Part shown: in pieces, positions 39,668-49,405 of the stretch
How positions within the stretch are numbered: the first letter of the stretch is position 1
Layout: every line of letters begins with the position of its first letter
Program-made: the position numbers and the translations under genes
Notes under the pieces: generated by a model
Seen by the model: the letters and a program-made list of their open reading frames with translations, nothing else
Told to the model about the DNA's origin: nothing
Database searches by the model: none
From: Lysobacteraceae bacterium
GTDB lineage: Bacteria; Pseudomonadota; Gammaproteobacteria; Xanthomonadales; Xanthomonadaceae
Direction of reading: 5' to 3'
NCBI GenBank assembly: GCA_041675805.1
Contig: JBAYTD010000001.1
Location: 8,252 to 72,251 of the forward strand
Length of the DNA: 64,000 nt

Positions 39668-42298
39668 TCACCCTCGCGGTTTGGCGCGATGCGTTGCAAT
39701 GGCCGTCCACGGATCATCCGGCCACGGATGTTTGGGGTAGCGGCCTTTCATTTCCTTTTTGACTTCCGGGTAGGTGCGTTCCCAGAAGCCTTTGAGGTCT
39801 TGCGTGACTTGCAGCGGGCGGCCGCCGGGGGAAAGCAGGTGCAGGGTGAGCGGGACGCGGCCGGCGGCGATGCGCGGGGTGTCGGCGAGGCCGAACAGTT
39901 CCTGGAGTTTCACCGCCAGCACCGGGGCGTCGCCGTGGCGGTAGTGGATCGGGCGTTCCAGACCTGACGGCACGAGTATCCGGGTCGGCGCGAGGCTGTC
40001 GATTTTCTGCCGGGTGGGCCAGTCGGTATTGGATTTGAGCGCGTCGGCGAGTTCGTTTTCGCCGAGGGCGTCGAGGCGGCGTTTGCCGCGCAGGGCGGGT
40101 TTCAGCCAGTCGTCCAGATTTTCGATCAGGGTTTCGTCGGAAAGATCGGGCAGGGTCGGGGCTTCATCTTCCGGCAGCCAGTCGCGCAGGCAGCGGACGC
40201 GGTCGCGCCATTGCTTGAGGCTGTCCGTCCACGGCAGGGCGTCGAGGCCGAGTTGGCGCACGGCATCGACCAGGGCGTCGGCGAATTGCGCCGGGTCGGG
40301 TTGGGCGATGGGGCGCACGTCGAGGGTGATGCGGTCGAAGCGGCGTTCACGCTGGGCGGCGATGCGGTGGGCGTTGGTGTCCCAGAACACGCGGTCTTCG
40401 GTGATGAAGCGTTGCGGGAAGGCGTGTTCCAGCGCGGCCTCGTCCACGGGTGCGGCGCGCAATACGCGGGCGTCGCGATCTGCATCGCGCAGTTCGGCGA
40501 TGACGATCCACGGTTCGCCATAAAGCGCGCTGTCCGGCGCCAGCGTGGCGCTGCGGCCGTTGGCGAGTTGGTAACGGTGCGGATCGGATGGGTGCTGGTG
40601 CGCGATGCGGTCGGGGAAGGCGTGGATCAGCAGTTCGCCGAGGTGGTGGGCGGGGGTGGTGTCGTCGTGGCGCCCGCCCTCGCTGGCAGGCGTAGGTCGG
40701 ATCAAGCCGCGAAGCGGTGGATCCGACACTTTTTCGCCGGAATGATGGGTACTCAGGGTTTCGGGGTCCGAAGGATTGTCGCTTCGCCGTACCCTCACCC
40801 CAACCCCTCTCCCGAGGGGAGAGGGGCTATTCAGGAGGCGGCGACGCCATTGTTTGGCGGTCTGGTCGATGGCGGCGAGGGCGCTGCGCGAGGCGTCCGG
40901 TGGGGTGCGGCCATTGCGGAAAGCGGAAAGTGCCTGCCAGCGGGCGGCGATGTCGTCGCGGCGCGGGCCTTTGAGCGGGTCGCGGGCTTCGAGCAGGGCG
41001 GCGAGGTCGCAGGCGAGGACGCTGCTTTCTGGCGTATCGGCGGCCAGCAGCATCGCGGCCAGTCGCGGATGGGTGCCGAGTTTGAGCAGGCGTTTTCCGA
41101 ATGGCGTGAGACGGCCTGTTTCCAGTGCGCCGAGGCGGCTGAGCAGGTCGCGCCCGGCGGCGAGTGCGCCTTGCGGTGGCGGATCGAAAAAGCGCAATTC
41201 ATCGCTGCCCCAGGCGGCCAGTTCCAGCGCCAAGCCGGTGAGTTCGGTCAAGGCGATTTCCGGGCGGCGCGAGGGTTCCAGACGCTGCGATTGCGGCCAC
41301 AGGCGATAACACCAGCCTTCGGCGACGCGCCCGGCGCGACCGGCGCGTTGATCGGCGGAGGATTGCGGAATCGTCACCACATCCAGACGCGGGAAACCGG
41401 AGTTGGGATCAAAGCGCGGCTCGCGGGCGAGGCCGGAATCGATCACCACGCGCACGCCGGGCAGGGTGACGGAGGATTCGGCCACATTCGTCGCCAGAAT
41501 GATGCGGCGGCGGCCTTCGCGCGAGGGTTGCAGCACGGCGCTTTGTGCTTCGACGGACAGTTCACCGTGCAGCGTGAGCAGTTCGGCATCGAGCCGGGCC
41601 GTTTCCAGTGCGCGCGAGGCATCGGTGATTTCGCGTTGGCCGGGCAGGAAGACCAGCACGTCGCCGGGATGCGCGGCGAAGGCGGTTTCGACGCTGCGGC
41701 GCACCTGCGAGGACAGCGGTTCGTCGCGGCGTGCGGGCGGGTGCGAGATCGTGACCGGGAAGCTGCGGCCTTCGGAGGTCAGGCGCGGGGCATCGAGGAA
41801 GCGCGCGAGTTTTTCGCCATCGAGTGTGGCGCTCATCACCGCGATGCGCAGGTCCTCGCGCACCTGCGCCTGCACGTCGAGTGCGAGCGCGAGGCCGAGG
41901 TCGCCGGCGAGATGGCGTTCGTGGAATTCGTCGAACAGGATCGCGCCGATGCCGTCGAGCATCGGATCGTCCTGGATCATGCGGGTGAGGATGCCTTCGG
42001 TGACGACTTCGATGCGGGTCGCGGCACTGGTGCGGTTCTCGAAGCGGATGCGGTAGCCGACCGTTTGCGCCACCTCTTCGCCGAGGCTGCGCGCCATGAA
42101 GCCGGCGGCGGCGCGGGCGGCGACGCGGCGCGGTTCCAGCATCACGATGCGTTGGCCGGCCAGCCACGGTGCGTCGAGCAGGGCCAGTGGCACGCGGGTG
42201 GTCTTGCCGGCACCGGGCGGGGCTTCCAGCACCAGACGCGGATGCGCCGCCAGCGATTCGCGGATCGCCGGCAGCAGCGGGTCGATGGGGAAGCTCAT
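39668..42298 (-). CDS. hrpB: ATP-dependent RNA helicase HrpB (DEAH/RHA)
   Basis: 876 aa. APPGAGKTT (motif I), DEFHER (motif II), SATL, TNVAESSVT, QRAGRAGR, and C-terminal HrpB-specific region ...AFPDRIAHQ...YQLANGRSA.... Confidence 0.9.
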   Translation of the reverse strand: MSFPIDPLLPAIRESLAAHPRLVLEAPPGAGKTTRVPLALLDAPWLAGQRIVMLEPRRVAARAAAGFMARSLGEEVAQTVGYRIRFENRTSAATRIEVVTEGILTRMIQDDPMLDGIGAILFDEFHERHLAGDLGLALALDVQAQVREDLRIAVMSATLDGEKLARFLDAPRLTSEGRSFPVTISHPPARRDEPLSSQVRRSVETAFAAHPGDVLVFLPGQREITDASRALETARLDAELLTLHGELSVEAQSAVLQPSREGRRRIILATNVAESSVTLPGVRVVIDSGLAREPRFDPNSGFPRLDVVTIPQSSADQRAGRAGRVAEGWCYRLWPQSQRLEPSRRPEIALTELTGLALELAAWGSDELRFFDPPPQGALAAGRDLLSRLGALETGRLTPFGKRLLKLGTHPRLAAMLLAADTPESSVLACDLAALLEARDPLKGPRRDDIAARWQALSAFRNGRTPPDASRSALAAIDQTAKQWRRRLLNSPSPLGRGVGVRVRRSDNPSDPETLSTHHSGEKVSDPPLRGLIRPTPASEGGRHDDTTPAHHLGELLIHAFPDRIAHQHPSDPHRYQLANGRSATLAPDSALYGEPWIVIAELRDADRDARVLRAAPVDEAALEHAFPQRFITEDRVFWDTNAHRIAAQRERRFDRITLDVRPIAQPDPAQFADALVDAVRQLGLDALPWTDSLKQWRDRVRCLRDWLPEDEAPTLPDLSDETLIENLDDWLKPALRGKRRLDALGENELADALKSNTDWPTRQKIDSLAPTRILVPSGLERPIHYRHGDAPVLAVKLQELFGLADTPRIAAGRVPLTLHLLSPGGRPLQVTQDLKGFWERTYPEVKKEMKGRYPKHPWPDDPWTAIATHRAKPRG
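40691..40826. repeat. REP-like hairpin elements embedded in frame in the hrpB coding sequence
   Basis: GTAGGTCGGATCAAGCCGC-gaa-GCGGTGGATCCGAC (40691-40726) and CCCCTCTCCC-gag-GGGAGAGGGG (40803-40825). The 12-mer CTCACCCCAACC (40793-40804) also occurs in the intergenic repeat at 22812-22823, and as reverse complement at 22744-22755. Confidence 0.55.
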
Positions 42299-42423
42299 GC
42301 TCAGGGCGGTTCGGACCGGATCGCGGCGGCGGGATAGGCATGATTGTAGAGGCGTGCCCGGCGTGGCGCGGTAAGCTTGGCGACACGCCGGCGCGTCGGC
42401 CGCGCCGCCACCGGAACGTCACC

Positions 42424-43926
42424 ATGATCGCCAACCTGCTGCATACCGAAATCGCCCTCGGCGCGCTGGCCGGCCTCGCCCTGGGTTTGCTGCTGATCTC
42501 GCTGCGACCGGCCGACCGCGCCACCGTGCGCGGCATGCTGGTGATGCTGGCGGTGTGCCTGGTGCTGGACCTGATCGGCGGCCTGCTCGGCCTCGGCGGT
42601 GCCCTGCGCGGGCCGCCGGTGCTGCATGGCATCGCTGCGGTCGGCATGGGCATCGTGCTGATCCGCATGGTCGGCATGCTGGTGTTCCGCGTCGCCCTGC
42701 CGCCGCTCGGCCTGAGCACGCCGCGCATCGTCGAGGATCTCAGCGCCACCGGCCTGTCCACCGCCTGGCTGCTGTTCTGGCTGCACGGTGCCGGGCTGGA
42801 TCTGACCGGCCTGTTGGCGACTTCGGCAGTGATCACCGCCGTGCTCGCCTTCGCCATGCAGGACACGCTGGGCAACGTACTCGGCGGCGTGGTGCTGCAA
42901 CTGGACGACTCGGTGCGGGTCGGCGACTGGGTGAAGTGCGACGGCATCGGCGGCCAGGTGGTCGACGTCGGTTGGCGCCACACCGCCATCGAGACGCGCG
43001 ATTGCGAGACGGTGATCGTGCCCAACGGCTGGCTGGTGAAGAACCGCTTCCACATCATCGGCTCGCGCCGCGAGCAGGAAACGCGCTGGCGGCGCTGGCT
43101 GTACTTCAACCTGGATCTGTCGACGCCGCCGCGCCAGGTCTGCGAGGTGCTGGAAGGCGCGTTGAACCAGTCCGAAGTCGACAACGTGCTGCGCGAGCCG
43201 CCGCCCAGCGCGGTGCTGATGGAAGTCGGCCAGGGCTATGCCCGCTATGCGCTGCGCTACTGGCTGCGCGATCCGCGCCCGGACGATCCGACCGACTCCA
43301 CCGTGCGCATGCACGTGATCGCCGCACTGGCGCGCCATCGCATCCGCCTGGCGGTGGTGCAGGAGGAGCGCCTGATCACCAAGGAGAACGAATCGCGCCG
43401 CGCCGCCCAGCTCGCCTCCGAGCTGGCGCAGCGGACGCGGGCGCTGGCCGGGGTGGAACTGTTCGGCTCGCTGTCCGATGCCGAGCGCGAGGCGCTGGCG
43501 GCCAGCATGGTTACCGCGCCCTTCGTCCGTGGCGACACCATCACCCGTCAGGGCGCGGTGGCGCACTGGCTGTATCTGGTGGTGGAGGGCGAGGTCGATG
43601 TCTGGACCGGCGACGACGGCCAGCGCCGCCACATCGCCACCCTGCACGCCGGCAGCGTGTTCGGCGAAATGGGCCTGATGACCGGCGAACCGCGCCGCGC
43701 CAACGTCACCGCGCGCACCGACGCGGTCTGCCTGCGGCTGGACAAGGCGGCTTTCGAATCCATCCTGCGCGCCCGCCCGGACATCGCCAGCGAGGTGTCG
43801 CAGGTGATCGCCTCGCGCCTCGACGCCCTGCACCTGGCGCGCCGCAACAGCGACGAGAATCACGGCCATGTCGCCGCCCAGGACGCCATCCGCAGCCGCA
43901 TCCGGCGCTTTTTCGGGCTGGATTGA
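42424..43926 (+). CDS. MscS-family mechanosensitive channel with C-terminal cyclic-nucleotide-binding domain (bCNG type)
   Basis: 500 aa from the ATG at 42424. TM helices; MscS core AFAMQDTLGNVLGGVVLQLDDSVRVGDWV...IVPNGWL; cNMP domain ...GSVFGEMGLMTGEPRRANVTA. Confidence 0.8.
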   Translation: MIANLLHTEIALGALAGLALGLLLISLRPADRATVRGMLVMLAVCLVLDLIGGLLGLGGALRGPPVLHGIAAVGMGIVLIRMVGMLVFRVALPPLGLSTPRIVEDLSATGLSTAWLLFWLHGAGLDLTGLLATSAVITAVLAFAMQDTLGNVLGGVVLQLDDSVRVGDWVKCDGIGGQVVDVGWRHTAIETRDCETVIVPNGWLVKNRFHIIGSRREQETRWRRWLYFNLDLSTPPRQVCEVLEGALNQSEVDNVLREPPPSAVLMEVGQGYARYALRYWLRDPRPDDPTDSTVRMHVIAALARHRIRLAVVQEERLITKENESRRAAQLASELAQRTRALAGVELFGSLSDAEREALAASMVTAPFVRGDTITRQGAVAHWLYLVVEGEVDVWTGDDGQRRHIATLHAGSVFGEMGLMTGEPRRANVTARTDAVCLRLDKAAFESILRARPDIASEVSQVIASRLDALHLARRNSDENHGHVAAQDAIRSRIRRFFGLD

Positions 43927-43933
43927 GCGCCGC

Positions 43934-45655
43934 TCAGGCCGCCGTGCCGGCCTTCTTTTCCACCAGTGCCAGCGCGGCGTCGAAATCCCTGGCGAAGCCG
44001 AGTACGCCGGGGTGGCGGTCAAAGCCCATCTGGCGCAGCGCGGCGAGCGGCTGCGGCTGCACGCCGGACAGCACCAGGGCGGTGCCCTTGCGTCGGCAGC
44101 GCTGGGCGAACTGTTCCAGCGCGGTGACGCCCGAGGCGTCGATCAGCGGCACGTAGCGCATGCGCAGGATGAAGGCGCGCGGGGTGTCGGGATATTGGTC
44201 GAGCACGTCGTCCAGGCGGTTGGCGACGGCGAAGAACAGCGGCCCTTCGATGCGGAAGGCGGCGACGCCGGCCGGCAGGCGGCGCTGCTGGTCCTCGCTG
44301 GGCGGGCGCGACAGGTCGTCCTCGTCCTCGATGATCAGCTTGCGATCGGTTTCCAGCGCGACCACCTGGCTCATCCGGTGCATGAACAGGAAGGCCGCCA
44401 TCACCACGCCGACCTCGATGGCGACGGTGAGGTCGAACACCACGGTCAGGCCGAAGGTGATCAGCAGCACCAGCGCGTCGCCGGGCGGCGAGCGCAGCAG
44501 GGCGCGGAAGCGATCCACCTCGCTCATGTTCCAGGCGACGATCAGCAGCACCGCTGCCAGCGCCGCCAGCGGCACATAGCTCATCAGCGGTGCCAGCAGC
44601 AGCATGAACAGCAGCAGGAACACGGCGTGCAGGATGCCGGCCATCGGCGTGCGCGCGCCGCTGCGGACATTGGTCGCGGTGCGGGCGATGGCACCGGTGG
44701 CGGGCAGGCCGCCGATCAGCGCCGAGGCGGTGTTGGCGACGCCCTGGGCGACCAGTTCGGCATTGGAGCGATGCTTGCCGCCGGTCATGCCGTCGGCGAC
44801 CACGGCCGACAGCAGCGACTCGACGCCGCCGAGGAAGGCGATGGTCAGCGCCGCCGGCAGCAGTTCGGCGGTGCGCTCGAACGGAATCTGCGGGAAGTCG
44901 AAGCTGGGCAGGGTGGCGGGAATCTCGCCGAAGGAGGAGCCGATGGTCTCCACCGGCAGGCCCAGCAGGGTGGCGAACAGCGCGCCGCCGATCACCGCGA
45001 TCAGCATGCCCGGCCATTTCGGCCGCCACCGCCGCAGGCCGACGATCAGTCCGACGCAGGCCAGCGCCAGCACCAGCGCGGCCGGGTTGAAGGTGTCGAT
45101 GTGCTCGGCGTAGGCGCGGAAGCGTTCGCTGAACTCGCCCGGCAATCGGTCGATGTCGAGGCCGAGGATGTCCTTGATCTGGCTGATGAAGATGGTGACG
45201 GCGATGCCGGCGGTGAAGCCGGTGATGACCGGCTGCGGCATGTATTTCATCAGCGTGCCGACGCGCAGCAGGCCGGCGACGATCAGGATCAGCCCGGCCA
45301 GCAGGGTGCACAGGATCAGCCCCTCATAGCCGAACTTCTCGATGACGTTGAACACCACCGGGATGAAGGCGGCGGTCGGGCCGCCGATCTGCACCCGCGA
45401 GCCGCCCAGGGCGGAAATCAGGAAGCCGGCGACGATGGCGGTATGCAGGCCCTTTTCCGGCGTGGTGCCGGAGGCGATCGCCAGCGCCATCGCCAGCGGC
45501 AGGGCGACCACGGCGACGGTGAGCCCGGCCATCGTGTCGGCGCGCAGCGACTGCCACGAGTAGCCGCGGCTGAGCGTGGTGTACAGCTTGGGAACGTAGA
45601 GGTTCCAGTCGATGCCGCGGGCGACGCGGGCCAATCCGGGTGGAGCGAAGGCCAT
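43934..45655 (-). CDS. SulP-family anion transporter with C-terminal STAS domain
   Basis: 573 aa. Reads RADTMAGLTVAVVALPLAMALAIASG, has many TM helices, and ends in a C-terminal STAS fold (RMRYVPLIDASGVTALEQF). Confidence 0.88.
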   Translation of the reverse strand: MAFAPPGLARVARGIDWNLYVPKLYTTLSRGYSWQSLRADTMAGLTVAVVALPLAMALAIASGTTPEKGLHTAIVAGFLISALGGSRVQIGGPTAAFIPVVFNVIEKFGYEGLILCTLLAGLILIVAGLLRVGTLMKYMPQPVITGFTAGIAVTIFISQIKDILGLDIDRLPGEFSERFRAYAEHIDTFNPAALVLALACVGLIVGLRRWRPKWPGMLIAVIGGALFATLLGLPVETIGSSFGEIPATLPSFDFPQIPFERTAELLPAALTIAFLGGVESLLSAVVADGMTGGKHRSNAELVAQGVANTASALIGGLPATGAIARTATNVRSGARTPMAGILHAVFLLLFMLLLAPLMSYVPLAALAAVLLIVAWNMSEVDRFRALLRSPPGDALVLLITFGLTVVFDLTVAIEVGVVMAAFLFMHRMSQVVALETDRKLIIEDEDDLSRPPSEDQQRRLPAGVAAFRIEGPLFFAVANRLDDVLDQYPDTPRAFILRMRYVPLIDASGVTALEQFAQRCRRKGTALVLSGVQPQPLAALRQMGFDRHPGVLGFARDFDAALALVEKKAGTAA

Positions 45656-45658
45656 GGA

Positions 45659-46081
45659 TCAGCGGCTTTCGATGTTCGGCAGCCCCGACATCAGCCACCA
45701 GGTCTTGGCCGTCTCGTCCCACCGCCAGCGCTGGCGGTCCATGATGATCCTCTCGACCTGGGTGTGGCGGTTGACGAGGCGGATTTCCACCACCTGGACC
45801 AGCTCGTCCTCGTCGCTGGCGAGGATGTTCTTGACCTGGTAGCCGGCCACCTGCACCTGATCGTAGCGGGCGCGCTCGACCGAGCTCAGCGGCTGCGTGC
45901 GCAGCAGTTCCGGATCGATGAAGGCGAGCGCGGCGTCGATGTCGCTCCAGCGGATCGCGCTGGCGTACAGGTACAGCGCCTCGTCGCGCTTGCGGGTATC
46001 CGGGCCGCTGGCGCAGGCGGCCAGCAACAGGGCCAGAAACAGCAATCCCGACAGACGCTTCACGCGCACCGCTCCGAACAC
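45659..46081 (-). CDS. hypothetical lipoprotein
   Basis: 140 aa. Lipobox LLLAACA. The stop is 3 nt before the SulP start codon (likely co-transcribed). The exact start is uncertain. Confidence 0.6.
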   Translation of the reverse strand: MFGAVRVKRLSGLLFLALLLAACASGPDTRKRDEALYLYASAIRWSDIDAALAFIDPELLRTQPLSSVERARYDQVQVAGYQVKNILASDEDELVQVVEIRLVNRHTQVERIIMDRQRWRWDETAKTWWLMSGLPNIESR

Positions 46082-46141
46082 TGGAAACCGTCCAAGGATA
46101 CTCCCTCGACGCCCGCGCCGTCCTCTGCGGCGCGCTGCGGC

Positions 46142-49100
46142 TCAGTCTTCCAGGGTCAGCAGCGAGGCGTTGCCGCCGGCCGCCGTGGTGTTGATGGTCA
46201 GCGTGCGCTCGGTGACGAAGCGCAGCAGGTAGTGCGGGCCGCCGGCCTTGGGGCCGGTGCCGGACAGGCCCTCACCGCCGAACGGCTGCACGCCGACCAC
46301 GGCACCGATCTGGTTGCGGTTGACGTAGCAGTTGCCGACCCGGGCGCGCCGGGCGATGCGCTCGACGGTGTCGTCGATGCGCGAATGGATGCCCAGGGTC
46401 AGGCCGTAGCCGGTGGCGTTGATCTCGTCGACCACGGCGTCGATGGCCCCGCCGTCGAAGCGGATCACGTGCAGTACCGGGCCGAACACCTCGCGTTGCA
46501 GGCGCGACAGGCTGTCGATCTCGTAGGCGCGCGGGGCGAAAAAGCTGCCCTGCGCGCAGGCGTCGTCCAGCGCCACCTGCTTGATCAGGCGCGCTTCGCC
46601 GTCCATGCGCGCGGCGTGCGCCTGCAGCGTTTGCAGTGCGTCGGCGTCGATCACCGGGCCGACGTCGGTGGACAGCAGGGCCGGATCGCCGACCTGCAGT
46701 TCGTCCATCGCGCCGGCCAGCATGGCGATCACCTTGTCGGCGATGTCCTGCTGCACGAACAGCACGCGGGCCGCCGAGCAGCGCTGGCCGGCCGAGCCGA
46801 AGGCCGAGGAAATGACGTCCTTGACCAGTTGCTCGGGCAGCGCGGAGGAGTCGGCGATCAGTGCGTTCTGGCCGCCGGTCTCGGCGATCAGCACGCCGAT
46901 GGCAGCATCGCGCGCGGCCAGCGCACGGTTGATGGCGCGGGCGGTCTCGGTGGAGCCGGTGAAGGCGACGCCGGCGACGCGCGGATCGCGGGTCAGTGCC
47001 GCGCCGACCGTGGCACCGTCGCCGGGCAGGTATTGCAGCACCGCTTCCGGCACGCCGGCCTCGTGCAGCAGTTTGACCGCCGCGAAGCCGACCAGGGTGG
47101 TCTGCTCGGCCGGCTTGGCGATCACGCTGTTGCCGGCCACCAGGGCGGCGGCGACCTGGCCGATGAAGATCGCCAGCGGGAAGTTCCACGGGCTGATGCA
47201 GACGAACAGGCCTCGTCCGGCCAGCAGCAGTTCGTTGGACTCGCCGGTCGGGCCGGGCAGGCGCTGCGCTGCGCCGAACAGATGCCGCGCCTGGCCGGCG
47301 TAGTAGCGCAGGAAATCGACGGCCTCGCGCACTTCGGCGACGCCGTCAGCCAGGGTCTTGCCGGCCTCGCGGGTACACAGCGAGATGAACTCCGGCAGAC
47401 GTGCTTCGAGCAGGTCGGCGGCGTGTTCGAGGATGGCGGCGCGCGAGGCGGCCGGCAGCCGGTCCCACTCCGGTTGCGCGGCGACGCCATTGGCCAGCGC
47501 GCGCTCGACGCAGGCGGCGTCGGCGCTGTGCCACTGGCCGACGCGGCGGCGGCGATCAGCCGGCGAGGTGACTTCGATGGCGCTGCCCTGCACGTAGGCA
47601 CCGGGCACCAGCGGCGTCGCCTCCGGCGTCTGTGCGGCGGCCTTGGCGATGCGCTCGGACAGGGCGCGGAAATCGGTGTCGTTGGCGAGGTTGACGCCCA
47701 TGGAGTTCTTCCTTGCTTCGCTGTCGGCGTAAAGGTTGACCGGCAGCGGGATTCTGGGATGGGCGACGGCGTCGAAAGCGGCCACCGCGCGCAGCGGATC
47801 GGCGACCAGCGTTTCCGGCGGCGTGTCCGGGTCGGTGATCTTGTTGACGAAGCTGGTGTTGGCACCGTTCTCCAGCAGGCGACGGACCAGGTAGGGCAAC
47901 AGATCCTCGTGGCTGCCGACCGGCGCGTAGACGCGGCAGGGGATGCCCGGCGTCAGTTCGTCGTAGAGGTCCTTGCCCATGCCGTGCAGGCGCTGGAACT
48001 CGAACGGATGGGCACCGACACTCGCGCCCTGCGGCAGGCACTGCAAGGCCAGCCGGCGCACGGCGGCGATGGTGTGCGCGTTGTGGGTGGCGAACATCGG
48101 ATAGAAGGCATCGGTGGCGGCCAGCATGCGCCGCGCGCAGACAAGATAGCTGACATCGGTGCTCGGCTTGCGTGTGAACACCGGGAAGCCCGCCAGGCCA
48201 TCGACCTGGGCGCGCTTGATCTCGGCGTCCCAGTAGGCCCCCTTGACCAGCCGCACAGGCATCCGCCGGCCATGCTGGCGGGCCAGGTCGGCGAGCAGCG
48301 CCAGCGCCTGCGGGGCGCGCTTCTGGTAGGCCTGCACGGCCAGCCCCAGGCCTTCCCAGCCGGCCAGCGAGGGATCGGCGTAGACCGCCGCGATCACTTC
48401 CAGGCTCAGTACCAGCCGATCCGCTTCCTCGGCGTCGATGGTGAAGCCGATGCCCTGCGCCTTGGCCAGTTGCGCCAGTTGCAGCACGCGGGGGACCAGT
48501 TCGTCCAGCACCCGGCCCCGCTTGGCGACTTCGTAGCGCGGATGCAGGGCGGACAGCTTGACCGAGATGCTGGGCGCGGCGAACACGTTGGCATACGGCC
48601 CGCCGGCACCGATGGCGAGGATCGCCTTGCGATAGGCCTCCAGATAGCGGTCAGCGTCGGCGGCGGTCAGCGCCGCCTCGCCGAGCATGTCGAAGCTGTA
48701 GCGGTATTCGGACTCGCGGCGGCCGCGCTTGAGCGCTTCCTCGATGGTCCGCCCCATGACGAACTGGTGGCCCATGATGCGCATCGCCTGACGCACCGCG
48801 AGGCGGATCACCGGCTCGCCGGCGCGGCCGACCAGACGGCGCAGCGCACCAGTGACGCTGCGCCGGGTTTCCTCGCTCAGCGCCACCATCTTGCCGGTCA
48901 GCATCAGGCCCCAGGTGGAGGCGTTGACCAGCACCGAGTCGGACTGGCCCATGTGCCGCTTCCAGTCGGCCTCGCCGAGCTTGTCGCGGATCAGCCGGTC
49001 GGCGGTTTCCTGATCGGGGATGCGCAGCAGCGCCTCGGCCACGCACATCAGCAGCACGCCTTCCTCGGAGGACAGGTCGTACTGGTGCATGAAGGCCTCG

Positions 49101-49309
49101 ATGGCACCCTGGTCCTCGGCCTTGGCGCGCACCCGACGCACCAGTTCCGCCGCCATCTGCTGGGTGGCGTCGTGGTCGTAGGGGTCATCGCCCAGTTCGG
49201 CCAGCAGGGCGCTCACGTGCTCGCGCTCGTCGCGCAGCCAGAGCGGGTCGAGGGCGTCGAATCGAATCGCCGACGCGGAGGTCGGATCGGAACCGGCAAC
49301 GGTGCTCAC
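46142..49309 (-). CDS. putA: bifunctional proline dehydrogenase / L-glutamate-gamma-semialdehyde dehydrogenase (no RHH DNA-binding domain)
   Basis: 1055 aa with a GTG start. PRODH barrel region, then an aldehyde dehydrogenase domain (FTGSTETAR, ETGGQNALI, SAFGSAGQRCSA). Confidence 0.92.
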   Translation of the reverse strand: MSTVAGSDPTSASAIRFDALDPLWLRDEREHVSALLAELGDDPYDHDATQQMAAELVRRVRAKAEDQGAIEAFMHQYDLSSEEGVLLMCVAEALLRIPDQETADRLIRDKLGEADWKRHMGQSDSVLVNASTWGLMLTGKMVALSEETRRSVTGALRRLVGRAGEPVIRLAVRQAMRIMGHQFVMGRTIEEALKRGRRESEYRYSFDMLGEAALTAADADRYLEAYRKAILAIGAGGPYANVFAAPSISVKLSALHPRYEVAKRGRVLDELVPRVLQLAQLAKAQGIGFTIDAEEADRLVLSLEVIAAVYADPSLAGWEGLGLAVQAYQKRAPQALALLADLARQHGRRMPVRLVKGAYWDAEIKRAQVDGLAGFPVFTRKPSTDVSYLVCARRMLAATDAFYPMFATHNAHTIAAVRRLALQCLPQGASVGAHPFEFQRLHGMGKDLYDELTPGIPCRVYAPVGSHEDLLPYLVRRLLENGANTSFVNKITDPDTPPETLVADPLRAVAAFDAVAHPRIPLPVNLYADSEARKNSMGVNLANDTDFRALSERIAKAAAQTPEATPLVPGAYVQGSAIEVTSPADRRRRVGQWHSADAACVERALANGVAAQPEWDRLPAASRAAILEHAADLLEARLPEFISLCTREAGKTLADGVAEVREAVDFLRYYAGQARHLFGAAQRLPGPTGESNELLLAGRGLFVCISPWNFPLAIFIGQVAAALVAGNSVIAKPAEQTTLVGFAAVKLLHEAGVPEAVLQYLPGDGATVGAALTRDPRVAGVAFTGSTETARAINRALAARDAAIGVLIAETGGQNALIADSSALPEQLVKDVISSAFGSAGQRCSAARVLFVQQDIADKVIAMLAGAMDELQVGDPALLSTDVGPVIDADALQTLQAHAARMDGEARLIKQVALDDACAQGSFFAPRAYEIDSLSRLQREVFGPVLHVIRFDGGAIDAVVDEINATGYGLTLGIHSRIDDTVERIARRARVGNCYVNRNQIGAVVGVQPFGGEGLSGTGPKAGGPHYLLRFVTERTLTINTTAAGGNASLLTLED

Positions 49310-49405
49310 GGGGTACTCGCAGGCAGGGGCGCCAGGGGCCGGCGCGCGGGACGCGATTGTAAGGCCCGGCGCGCGCGCCAGCCATGCACCGGGCCGTTCG
49401 GCCGT

